Positions 25,485-36,979 of a stretch of DNA of 64,000 bases are shown here, in pieces. The DNA comes from Dimorphilus gyrociliatus (Eukaryota; Animalia; Annelida): NCBI GenBank assembly GCA_904063045.1, contig CAJFCJ010000006.1:1183771-1247770 (forward strand), given 5' to 3'. The notes under the pieces are model-generated. The model saw nothing but the letters and a program-made list of their open reading frames with translations, had not been told where the DNA came from and ran no database searches. The position numbers were made by a program, and so were the translations under genes. The first letter of the stretch is position 1, and every line of letters begins with the position of its first letter.

Positions 25485-26342
25485 AGCAAAAGAGGAAGGA
25501 GTTTTAAATGAATGAATTAGACTAATTTTTTGGTAAAGAACAATATAAAAAGAAAAAAAAAGGAAGAACGGATAAGATTTATATCCCATTAAAAAGAACA
25601 CCGAAGAGGATGAAGATAGAATGAAATTACGAACTATAATCCTTCACTTTCTCTACCCTTCCTCTTCCGCCTCCTATACCCATTCCCAATCTATATTCTT
25701 ACTCCTAATCCTCTTCTTCTTGTTCTCTTAAAATATTTAACTAATGTTTTTTTTTTAAACAAAAAAAAAGGACACAACTGTCTAATGTATAAATGCGATC
25801 CCCTTTTTTACTGTTCGCCCATTTCGCTTTACTTATTTATCTAAAAAGACTTTTTTTTATTTCCAAAAGTGTTACAAGACCTCAGCCATTTTCTCTCCTA
25901 TAAATAATTTACACTTTTCGCTTCTTCCCGTATGCGTGTCATGTATATGTGGCCAGATCTTCTTGACGAGTAGTTTGTAACAGATTTACGTCTGTTCCTT
26001 TTATATTAAAAGACAAAAGACTCTCGTGAAGAGAAAAAAGAAATTAAAAAAATTAGACAAAAATAAGAATTGAAAGAAACAAAAGAAGGAAGAAGAAAAC
26101 AAAATATACGTTTCTAATTGGGAAGAAGAAAAATCTAATTTTATATCTCTTCTTACTTTGTATTTATGGCTAAAATATAAAATAAATATGCCACATATTC
26201 TATTTACAATTTACAGTGAGTACTGTATAAAGGTATACATAAAAATTAATATAGTGAATTATACAATCTACGGACTAGACGTTATATAATGCGCACATGC
26301 TAAATATACTGCATATATGCGCAGTAACATATATACAGTATA

Positions 26343-26373
<31 letters not shown>

Positions 26374-26529
26374 CTGTATATACGGTATATATATGCTGTA
26401 TGTTTGTTTCAAGTTCCTTTATACTTCTTTACATCATTCAGCTTTAAGAGCAGAAAGTTCCTTTTTATCAAAGTTTTTACCTTTCTCCTCGTTCTATAAC
26501 ATTTTCCGTAAAACTCGCTACAATCATTA

Positions 26530-26542
26530 GTGCCATCTACTG
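26530..26542 (-). promoter_or_regulatory. CTCF-type motif
   Basis: Reverse complement CAGTAGATGGCAC, intergenic. Confidence 0.55.
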
Positions 26543-27057
26543 TCTACAGGGACAAATAAAACTGTTATAAATACATTTATCGTTCAACACATAAGTAATG
26601 TAAGATACCAGATTTCATTGATAGAATTGAATTTTAGTAGATTTCTTGATAAAGAAAACGTACAGTTTGGAAAGATGGAAGGGAAGAGAGCGAAATATAC
26701 GAAGAATGAGTATAGAATTCTACTGAATAAAGCTAAGAATTTACACACGTCTGTTTCATTAGCTATAAATATAAAGCAACACAGGCCAAACATTTTTTTG
26801 TATAAAGAAAAAAAATGGGAGGACCTCCACGCTGGAAGGTAAACAAGGCCAGAGCGAAATAAACATCTATTTGGTCTAATATTACTGCTCAAAAAGCTGT
26901 TGCTCTAGCAACAAAGGTTCGTTCTTAGTTCGAAGAATACAGTCAAATAAATAAATAGGCAACACGAGGTATGCAGGTGGCAAGAGATATATAAAAATAG
27001 GTTTTTGCAGTGCACCGCTCGTGCACATACTGCTAAGGTTCTGAGCTCAACACTACA

Positions 27058-28435
27058 ATGGTAAGCGAGTATTTGTCCATTACTACGGTTACGGTTATTA
27101 TATAAAACACACAGGACTCTAAAGACGCACAGGGACAAGTTCCTCCTCAACCGGAAGGTAAAACGTGAACTTTACTTTAATTAAAATATTTTTTTTAAAT
27201 TTAATCCTTCTGTTCTGTTTTATTAAGTATTGTGCTCTGTTTCGTAAATGTTTAGTTGAAAAGCATCAAGAGGAAAATAAACAGCCGACTGAACAACCTA
27301 TACAAACTCCTCAAGCTGAGGAAAAGAAGGAAGTGAAAAGTGAAGAAAAGGCGGAAGCGAAAGAAAACCCATCAGAGGTGACTCCAGCGACCTCCAAGGT
27401 CGAAGAAAACATAAATGCTCCTGTTGAAACTCAAGAGACGGCCCCAACTCCAACTCCTGTTGAAACTCAAGATACTACCCAAACTCCAACTGCTACCGAA
27501 AGTCAAGCTGTAAACCCACCAGCTACGGAATCAGCGTCGGCGGAAGTCCCAAAGGGCACTCAAGCTGAAAGTTCTACCGAAGCTGTAGCATCGTCGCCGC
27601 CAGCTAACGAGCCTGAAGCAAAATCAGCTGAAGTTCAACAAGAAATTCCCGCAGAAAAGCCGGAAGTTGTTAAAGATATAGAAGTGGAAGCGTCTGCCAT
27701 TGAAGAGCAAAAGACTAAGGAAGAACCAGCTCCGATTGATCAGTCGGCAGCTGAAGAAAAGAAAGAAGAAGAAAAAGCTCCTATTACTGCGGGAGAAGGT
27801 GAGGTAAAGCAAGAAATTGCTCCACCGACTGAGAGTAGTATGGGTGGTTGCAGTACGAAAGAAACCCAAAAAGATGATGTCCCACCTGAGAATCAGCAAC
27901 CCGTAGAAGTAATAGTGTTAATTTTAAATGTTTTTATGAATAAGTTATGCATTATTTCTTGAAAAGGTGAAAGAAGAAACCCCTGCTGCACCGGTCGAGG
28001 CGCCATCAAGTGATGTAAATAAATTCCGTTTTATTTTTTTCTTTATTTCATCTTGTAAAGAAAATAGAGTTAAAAACAACTGCAAATATTATCTTATGAT
28101 GTTAACAGGCAAATAACACATTATCAGTTCCGACTGAAGGAGAGAAACGCGAGTCAAAGTATGACAATGTACCGCAAATTGGCGAGGAAGTTGCGCAATC
28201 CGTTGATAAAATGCTGGCAGAGTATAGCAGCAATTCGAAGGAGGCTGCCGAAAAGGTGGAAAGATTGAAGAAGGATGCCGATGCTATACAATTGTGTTCC
28301 ACTGTGCTTAAACTACAAAAGGAATTGGCTACCGTACAACTGGAAGTTGTTCAATTGCAAAAAACCGTTAGAACGGTTAACGATACGTTTCTAAACGTAA
28401 TGGAATTGTGCTTTGATAAAGTGAACGAGTCTTAA
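27058..28435 (+). CDS. Acidic E/A/P/T-rich disordered protein with C-terminal coiled coil, unknown family
   Basis: ATG|gtaagc at 27058-27060, a short exon DSKDAQGQVPPQPE, a large low-complexity exon, the exon VKEETPAAPVEAPSSD and a terminal heptad-rich exon (VLKLQKELATVQLEVVQLQK). Confidence 0.75.
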
Positions 28436-28480
28436 GAGAATTTCCAAAAAAATTTGTATTTTTGCAGTTTTCAATTAAAA

Positions 28481-28493
28481 GCGCCATCTACTG
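28481..28493 (-). promoter_or_regulatory. CTCF-type motif
   Basis: Reverse complement CAGTAGATGGCGC, 46 bp after a stop codon. Confidence 0.6.
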
Positions 28494-28741
28494 TTACAGT
28501 AGAGTAAACATGAATGCTTAGTTAAAATAACTGCAAGCATACAATTTTATGGAGTATTATAAAAGCTCTCCATGCTTGAATGTAATGTTTGCATTAAAAA
28601 TATACAGTAAAACTGTATATAAATGAATATATTAATGTATTTGAGTATTATCAAATGTAGAACTAAAAGAAAATTACTTAGTTAAATATTCTCGCTTCTC
28701 AAAACATATACATAATAATTCATATGGTATGTACTATATAC

Positions 28742-28745
<4 letters not shown>

Positions 28746-28790
<45 letters not shown>
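28746..28790. repeat. (AT)n microsatellite
   Basis: About 22 AT units read directly. Confidence 0.95.
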
Positions 28791-28791
<1 letters not shown>

Positions 28792-28999
28792 TTATATATG
28801 TATTTAATAACATTATTTCGTAGCCAATCGAACGTTTCATTTCTATTTATAAGCAAAATCAATTGTCTACAAACTATTTTCTTCTTTTCTTTTAAGCGAG
28901 AAACTAATTAGAATAGAACGGTTTTTTCTTTTTTTCAATCCTTTTTTTGTACTGATCCACCATGCAAAAAAAACGAACTAATTACTTAGTCCGTACTTT

Positions 29000-29776
29000 T
29001 CACTTCTGATTAGATAAGAGGAAGAACAATTCTTGCTTGGAGAATACGGAGCTCTTTTCCTTATCATATAATCTGAAGAAGATATTTGCTTGTTCATCCA
29101 CCTCCTTCGGACTGGGTGTCTACGATAGGGAGGGGGAAAATATGCAAATTAGATATAAAAAACAAAAAAGGTCAACGACGCATACGAGCCCTATTTTCTG
29201 CATAATATCCCTAAGGAACGAGTTTAATTCCCGCCCATCCAGTTGTTGACTGGCGTTCTGATCGCGAAAATTGATCGAAATTAGACGCCAATTCGAATCC
29301 GACTACCTACTTTATCGTATTTAGTGAAAACTTGATCAAACTCTTCTCTTCCGAGCTTTTCTCGAATTTCGAACGGTGTGCTAGATGTATCGGTAAAGAT
29401 GATTCTGTGAATATGGGAGAAAAAGAACAGAAAAGAAAAAAGAGAAAAAAGGTGATAAATGTTGTTGTATTCCAACCAACTGGGCAAATTCGTATAATTC
29501 AATTTTCTTATCCCTATTCGTGTCGAACATTTTTAGGAAGAGTCTGGTTGCAGCTTGCACAGCTTCGGGAGAGTTTTGCTTGTCGTCCTTCTTCCGAATA
29601 AGATCGCTTGCGAATTGTTGAAGTTCATCACCTTCAATATATCCGCTTCTATCAATATCGTAATGCATCCATATTCTTAGGAAATCCACTACGTGTATTT
29701 TCTTGCCTTTTTTTAACATCTGAACCAAATTATCCTCTTCTCTATTCGAATTTTCTTTGCAGTAATTACAGCCCAT
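29000..29776 (-). CDS. Calbindin/calretinin/secretagogin-like EF-hand protein (about 4 EF hands) with MGC N-terminus
   Basis: FLRIWMHYDIDRSGYIEGDEL, FDTNRDKKIELYE, YDK|NASQQLDGREL and YDKEKSSVFSKQE across four exons; stop TGA at 29002-29000. Confidence 0.85.
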
Positions 29777-30786
29777 ATTATATATATACGCTATTATATA
29801 CATATACTTATATATATACTTGAAAATAAACAGTATATATATATATAAATATGTATATAAAATATACACACTATATGTATGTTCTATACATCAGTATAAC
29901 AATAAAATTTACATTTTCCCTTAGATGTTCGTCCTACGACGGCTGATCGTCGAAAGGCGCCGTTCTGTATGGCGCCGGACTCGATTAATATTCATAGGCC
30001 TAATTTATATATACATAGTATAAATATGTTTATATCCCGTAATTTCTTAATAATTATTAAACATTTCTTATCATATTTAAGCATTACCCAACAATAAACG
30101 ATACGCTTTTATAAAGAGATATATTGCACCTATTTTAAAGATATCTTATCAGTAGAATATGCGTAGTTTGTAGAATTTTGTAGTGCTACTGTAAAAACAC
30201 AACCGTATTTATTCCTGTATCAACGAGGGTTGTGCACACTATTACTATTCACTATCTATTTTATTCCAACTTTTTTTTACTACTCTATTACTTTTCCCTT
30301 TCACTTTTTATTCTTCTCATCTTGTACTTATTCTTTTTCTATATAGCCTAATCTATCCTTCTCCTATTCTCTTCCTTTCTTTCGTTTTCTTTTGTTTCTT
30401 CTTTTTTCTTCTCCTTTTACTGTATTATTTCTCTTCTCTTCAATCTATTTCTCAACTAGTTTTTCTCTCGCTTTTCTCTTCCTATCATTTCTAACCCTTA
30501 ACCCCTTTTTCCTGCAGCTAAAAGAAAAAAAAGCTACCACTCTTTCGCGTCACTTCCAGATAGTCTACTAGGCCTAGTCATTCCGCCTTTTTAGCCGGTT
30601 CCCTCCCTCTTATACCAGCCTGTCGTCAACTTTTCATTTATTTGCCTGACTATTTGGTTTTCTTTCTGTTTTATTCATCACTTTTTTTTAGTTCCCCTAC
30701 CCCTTCCCCCTCACCCACTCATATTTCTAATGCTTTCTTTCTTATTCTCTTTGCTGAGATAGTATGAATCAATTTCCGGTTCATAG

Positions 30787-32179
30787 ATGGCGTTACCGTC
30801 GTTTGAACCCGTTGAACTTTGCTACGTGCAGGTGCAGTTTAGATAAATAAAAATTTTTGCAAGCAAACGACTGATTGCTAAAAATTACAACGTTGGAGAT
30901 GGCATAAAGATGAATATTTAATTAGCTAGCAGATAGCTCTCTTCCTGTGTACAGTTTACGGAGGTGTTATTGATCGACGTCCTACATAAACGCTGTATTG
31001 CAGTACAATACAATAAAAATGAATTCTGGCGAAGATTACGACGTTCCACCGTCTCCCCGGCCTATACAGTACTACTCTTCACCGTCTGACAGTGGTAGAG
31101 GAACACCGAAATTTTTCGATCCTATATACGATCTGGTAGATGATCAAAGAGATTCTGCAATCGGTTTAGGAGAGAATCGTTTATCATCAGCTTCATCCCT
31201 ACCCTCTGTAGGGTTCGAAGAATTGAATTTATCAAGGGACGAGGCAGTATCGGCTATTTTAAAGGTTGAAAAGAACCTAGATTCGGCTTGTAATCGATTA
31301 CTATCAGCCTCCTCAGCCAAGCAGATAGATGCCACTTTCGAGCGTCAAGTTCATTCGGCATTCAATAATGTTATTACTAGTTTAAGAGAGCTATTAGAAT
31401 TATGCAAAGGTTCAATCGGTAGTGCAGATAGGAATTGCGATGAGAAATCTGTACCAAAGAAATTATTCTCCCTTTTGGAACCAGTCGATAGCGCCTTTGG
31501 AACCCTTACATCGAATATTCACAAACTGGATAGATGTGGGTGGAATTTAAAATCATCTGTCGAAATCCTACAAGCTTCCCTGGCAGTCGTACGACATCTT
31601 ATATCCGATTGTGGACGATTGATAACGGTTATACAAGCAAATAGCTCATCGATTTTTAATCCCGATATACCAGTCAAGACGGAAGATTCAATGACAGCAG
31701 TCTATTCAACTCCTAAACCAAAAACAGCACCAAAACCAAAAAAAAACATATGCATAGTCCGAGCATTAAATAATAAATTAACGGGTGAAGATCGTCATCT
31801 ACTCGACGATTACAAGTCTTTTGTAGAAAAGCAATGCAACATAGTTCAAAGTTACGTATCAGCCTATACAGACAGCGTCTCTAGCAAGGACCAACCGATC
31901 GTTTATGTGGAAAAGATTCGCCAAGTAGTCGTCAGTGCTCAAGCCCTCGTTCATGTTACTGACACCTTACACCGACATCTAAAATGTGAGTCAGTAAGAG
32001 AAGGCATTTACAAAGTTGGAGCATCACTTTGTGAATCTTTAAAATCCTGTGTTTTAGAAGCAAAAAAAGCTTTAGAAATCCACAATCACAGTAAAACAAC
32101 TACTGATTGCGTCAACGAGATTTTACATTACGTTAAACAAGTGAAATTAGTCATTCTTCATGCCGAAACACTCTTATAG
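30787..32179 (+). CDS. CAS-family (BCAR1/NEDD9-like) protein with serine-rich and C-terminal FAT-like domains but no SH3
   Basis: YDVP motif; serine-rich four-helix start LNLSRDEAVSAILKVEKNL; CAS C-terminal domain DRHLL...QPIVYVEKIRQVVVSAQALVHVTDTL...LCESLK. The short first exon MALPSFEPVELCYVQ splices in frame. Confidence 0.75.
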
Positions 32180-32299
32180 AAATCCTTATCATTTTCTATT
32201 TATCTCATTTATATTTCTCCTTTGTTTGTTTTTTTTTTGTTTGTCTTTTTTTCTACGTTTATCAATTCGAATATTTTTATAAATAAAGGAAGAAATAAG

Positions 32300-32974
32300 A
32301 TGAAGTATTTGAAATTAAACTCGACTTTTTATATAGTTTTTATAACTTTTTGCCTGATTATTCATGATTGTCAATCTAAGAGTTTCGATACAAAACCTAA
32401 TAATCGTAAAATTGCGAAAAGAGAAACTCCTGACGCCTATAACGAACGTCAAAATGGGGAAGATGATGGAGAAGATAGCATAGACGATGATATAGATGGT
32501 AGTTTAGAAGATGAAAGAGATGATAATAAAGAACGTGGAGGAGAGACTAGAAAAAGCTACAATTTTGACGACGAAGGAGAAGATGATGAAACGGAAGGTG
32601 ACGAAGGTGAAGAAAGCAAACAAAGCGACCAGGAAAATGACGGGCAAGATGATGACGACAATGGTGAAGTAGAGGATTATAATAAAGATGATGGTGGGGA
32701 AGGGGATCGTAATGAAAATAATGGGATAGTTGGAACTGAAGATGACGACGATGGACAAGGTGATGAAAGTGAAGAAGATGAAGAAGAAGACGAGGGGAAA
32801 GGTGATAAGAAAGAGGAAGAAGACGAGGAAGCAGAAAGAGACGAAGCGAACGAGGAAGATGATGAAGAGGGGGCAGAAGACGAAGAGGAGGAAGAGGAAG
32901 ACGATGAGGATGAGGAAGAAGATGAGGATGAGGATGAAGATGAGGAGGAGAACGACGATAATGACAATATTTAG
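32300..32974 (+). CDS. Secreted extremely Asp/Glu-rich protein
   Basis: Signal peptide MKYLKLNSTFYIVFITFCLIIHDCQS, dibasic KR site, then about 180 aa dominated by D/E/G/N; intronless. Confidence 0.75.
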   Translation: MKYLKLNSTFYIVFITFCLIIHDCQSKSFDTKPNNRKIAKRETPDAYNERQNGEDDGEDSIDDDIDGSLEDERDDNKERGGETRKSYNFDDEGEDDETEGDEGEESKQSDQENDGQDDDDNGEVEDYNKDDGGEGDRNENNGIVGTEDDDDGQGDESEEDEEEDEGKGDKKEEEDEEAERDEANEEDDEEGAEDEEEEEEDDEDEEEDEDEDEDEEENDDNDNI

Positions 32975-33215
32975 ATTAGAGTTGTTTTCCCTCCAATCGT
33001 TTCTTTTTTGTTTTATTAATTCTACATTATACATCATATTAAAAAATTAACATATAAATCGAACATTTATTGACGTAACGTTAATAATATAATGTGTTTT
33101 TTTTACGCTTAAAAAGGCTTTATAAAAAAGCATATAAATAAAAAGTAAAGAAAGGAGAAGGAGCAGAAGAAGAAGAATAAGAAGAGCAAGAAAAGAGTTT
33201 TTCTCTTTAAAAGAA

Positions 33216-35914
33216 ATGATTAAATTAAATTACTCAATTATTATAATTAATTGGATAAAACTGATTCTTTGTGAACTGAATATTTATTCGTTTAAAACTT
33301 CTTTTCTAAGTTGCGAAGATACCGTTGATAAGAACTGTACAAGGTTTTATAATTACAGTATTACGTGGTACAAGTCGACATTTAAAGATAAAAGCTATCA
33401 ATGTGAAATTACACAGAGTTTGAAACCTTACCTTCTGAGACCAAACTGCTTATTTAAAATCCCTTTGAAAGATAGTGAAAAAGACCAAATTTTAACTTGT
33501 AGTCTTAAGGCTACATGCTCGAATACAGAAAAGGTCATCGATTTAACAAGACGTTTTAAGATAATTAGAGAAGGACGTCTGCCATTCATTAAGATTTATA
33601 GACGGTTTACATTTGTTTTAATTAATAAAAACAACTCGAGAATAATGTTGGTAAGGAAATTAAGTAAATTGACGAACGGTCTTTGTATTGATGAAAAGCT
33701 GTTGAATCTCGAATTTGGGGATAAATCCATTTATCCAATTTTTATAGACAGATGTGCACACAGAGTTTACATAGAACGTGGCCTAATTAACAAGAGAAAA
33801 TTAAGAATGAATGATAAAGATAGAGATAAGCTTAAAGCACACGGAATATTCAAGCTAAAGCAGTACCTAATTGTTACCATTAGGATTGATAGTATTTTAT
33901 CAAGCAATTGTGTCAGTGTATGTAGTTTAGAACAGATAGAAGAAAGGTCCCAAATCGACAGGGATTTGGTCTTTGAAGCGATTAGACGGAATTTCGCTAA
34001 AGATGACAATTATTTGGAAATAAAGTAAACAAAAATAGATTAGATATACCTAATAAATATTATCCTTCTCTTATCCTCTACCCACCTATCCACCCACTCA
34101 TTTTTTCTCATTCTCTCTCTTTCCGATGAACCAATCTCTTCTTTCCTATTTTACTAATAAATGAATAATTAATTAATAATGTTGTTACTTTTTACTTATT
34201 TCCTTTGTAAAAATATCAATGGAGCAGAGCTGAATATAAAGATTCACCCTTTTGGAAAGTTTGTCCTAATGGGATGCATTTAAAAGTAGTAAACGATGGA
34301 TTGAATGAAATGGAATTATGCTACAATTGTCCGAGGTCATCAGCCAATTGGGATCATTTAGCTGAGGGGGAATTAATATACAAATGCTTACAGTGTCTAC
34401 CGAATACTTACTTAGATAGAACAAAGTCAAAATGTCGGCCATGTAGATTTAATAGACTATCAAAAAAATATAATTCTAAAGATTGTAAATTGAAAACAAA
34501 CCAAATTTATCCGTTAATTGTGCAATCAGGATTTGAATACTCTCTCATTTGTTGGCCTTGGTTACTAAAAAACTCCTCAGAATCTTTCACATTCCCAAGA
34601 ATAGTTTTCCGCATAGGAAATGAATATATTAATGACTCTGTGACGTTCAGGAAGAATGAGACGTCCTTGTTTAATGGTTTACGTTATGATTGTCTAATTG
34701 CTATTTACAAAACGGGATATGAACAAATAAAAACAAAATTTCATCTATTTAAATATAGGCTGTATTCAATCTGGCCTGAGAGTATTGCTCATTATGGAAC
34801 GGTCAAAGTTCAATTTTGTCCTGATCGCAACCAATTAGAGTTTCTAACTGATAAGCTAATGAATGATTTAAAGAGAAAATTAAGATTAATAACGTATTAT
34901 ACGGATGTAAAAGTCTTTATAGAATGCGGATTGTTTTTATTAGATGAAGAAAGCTTCTTTTTATCCGTAGAATCGGTTCTTGAACAGCCAAAATTGTTCT
35001 TTGCTAGGAATCAAGTTCTTAAGGAGCAGGCGCCTTCACCTTTAGGCAAAAGGTTAAGAATTTGGCTTATTTTCATTAGTCAAAAGCAGGTAGACATGAC
35101 AGAATGTTACAACGAAAATAACAACTTCTATTTACCGTAAGTGCATAGGTCTTTTAAGTTGTTACGTAAGTTTTATACAGTCAATGCATCCAAAACAAAG
35201 ATATTATTTAGGGAGATAAGAGAAGAGGATCCCCTCGAACACTTCCACAAGCATCATAGATTATGCTTTTTGCGGAAATCGATAGGTCTATATAGCAAGA
35301 ACCTACTTTGGAATTCGGTTGACGTTGAAAAGCTTCGAAATTGGGTTGAAGAAGCCGTAAAAGACTATAACATTAACGAGGAGCCAACTGTTTGGAATAT
35401 AACTTTATGGAACGAATGTCCACCTTCGTTCGGTTTGGATAAGTATCAAATACTGTGTGAAAAATGCCAGAATGGAATGTATAGTCAGGACTATTTGGGA
35501 CATTGCTATTATTGCTTAAATCAGGGAATTGACAATTGTATTGGCAGAGATGAAAATTTAAAAAAAAAAGAACAAATTACGCCTAGCAGTAAATTAAGGG
35601 ATAATTTTGTGATTATATTATTCTTTACCTTATTAGGCGGAAGTGTGTTATTACTTTGCACGGTAGGATGTATTTACAAGCTAATTAAATATACGTACGA
35701 CTTTAAGAACTACTGCTACGCTTGGAATATTAGTAACGAAAACATCTTATCAAAAATTCCATCAGTGCCTCCATGGTTCAATCCGGAAAAGCACATAAAT
35801 TGGTACGAATCCGGTAAATTTTATATTGCATTTGGATCAAATGTCTATATCCATTCATATCCGATGGGTTGGATCGATTTTCGTGTAATTAGAGACGATG
35901 AAATAGACGATTGA
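33216..35914 (+). CDS. Single-pass membrane protein with two Ig-like and Cys-rich (ZPBP/sp38-like, ephrin-receptor-like Cys) modules
   Basis: Three ORF blocks joined by in-frame introns (about 34025-34227 and 35137-35211). Repeated CPxG..C..C..xxY......C..C units (VCPNG...CLQCLPNTY...CRPC...YNSKDC; ECPPSFG...CEKCQNGMY...CYYC) precede the TM FVIILFFTLLGGSVLLLCTVGCIY. Confidence 0.65.
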
Positions 35915-36979
35915 ATAAAAATGATACTTTTAATTTATACTAATGAAACAAAGGAATAATAGATTGAGGAAAGTAGTTGTAAACTTATGAAAGGAGAAAA
36001 TTAAATGAGAGGAAAGGAGAAGGAAAGAGAAGAAAAAGAAAAAGAGAGAGTGTGTTCAATTAATCATTTTTTTCTTTTTCTCCTTTTTTTTTCTTTTATT
36101 AATAGAATAAATTCAGAGCTAATAAATAAAGTGGGATTTTTTTTATATCCAAGATGGATAATCGGAACAAGGAATAACGGTTGGATTATGATAAGAATCG
36201 ATGATGTCAGTATTAATCTGACGTAGGAGAAAAATGGAAAAATGATTGACTAGACGCTTATAAATCTGTTTAGGGTTGCTCGAAGTTCTTCTCTTGCTAT
36301 ACAATTCCATTTTCCTTCTGGAAATATATTGGAAAGTGAGAGCGAAACTGATTATTGACTATGATAAGTTTATTTTCCTTTTTTTCGAATGGATGATTAG
36401 TCTAACGATACTTATTCCCAATTCTTTTCTTTGCTTTTTCCCCTTCATCCTACTCGGCGTAAATCTTTAAAAGTCGATTGTTATCACAATCTACTCTAAC
36501 CTTATAGATCTTGGGAACTTTTTCCTTCACTCTTCTAACCCTCTCTTCCTTTTAATCTATACAATTTGTCTGGGAAAAGAAAATAAATCACCTTCGAGTT
36601 ATCAGCTCTAATGTGAACTTCTTGAATTACAAGCTCTAAACCTAAGTGAAAAGAATAAAGATCAGAAGTAAGAGATATACAAAATAGTATGAAGATATAT
36701 TGTATATATAGAGAGAGAGAGCGAGAGAGAGAGAGAGAAAAGCGGAGTTTAAAGGTCAAATATTTTATTTAGACCAAGTGTTAGGCATGTTTTTTTATAC
36801 GACAATGGACCAATAGTAATCTTGTTATCAAGTAACATACGATCTGAAAGTTTTTAACATTCAATCAACACCAGTTGGAAGATTTGGAGTATACAGGATT
36901 TGTCTGTTCGATAAAACACAATTTTGTATGTGTTTGTTCATATATCAAGACGTTAAGAGAAAAGTTTATCTAGACTAAG

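Noticed and set aside
26421-26434. 14-nt match to the miR-1 core (ATACTTCTTTACAT)
   Set aside because: The seed differs and there is no complementary arm to form a hairpin.
28729-28911. YI-repeat ORFs (also 26297-26530)
   Set aside because: Translation of (TA)n microsatellites.
30491-30505. Telomere-like CTAACCCTTAACCC
   Set aside because: Only two imperfect units inside a pyrimidine tract.
32504-33037. Long hydrophobic and poly-Ser antisense ORFs (also 27624-27899)
   Set aside because: Shadow frames of GAR/GAY-rich sense coding sequence.
35135-35143. Two in-frame ORFs separated by a single TAA, suggesting stop-codon readthrough
   Set aside because: The TAA lies in a GTAAGT donor; a 75-nt intron (35137-35211) joins the frames.
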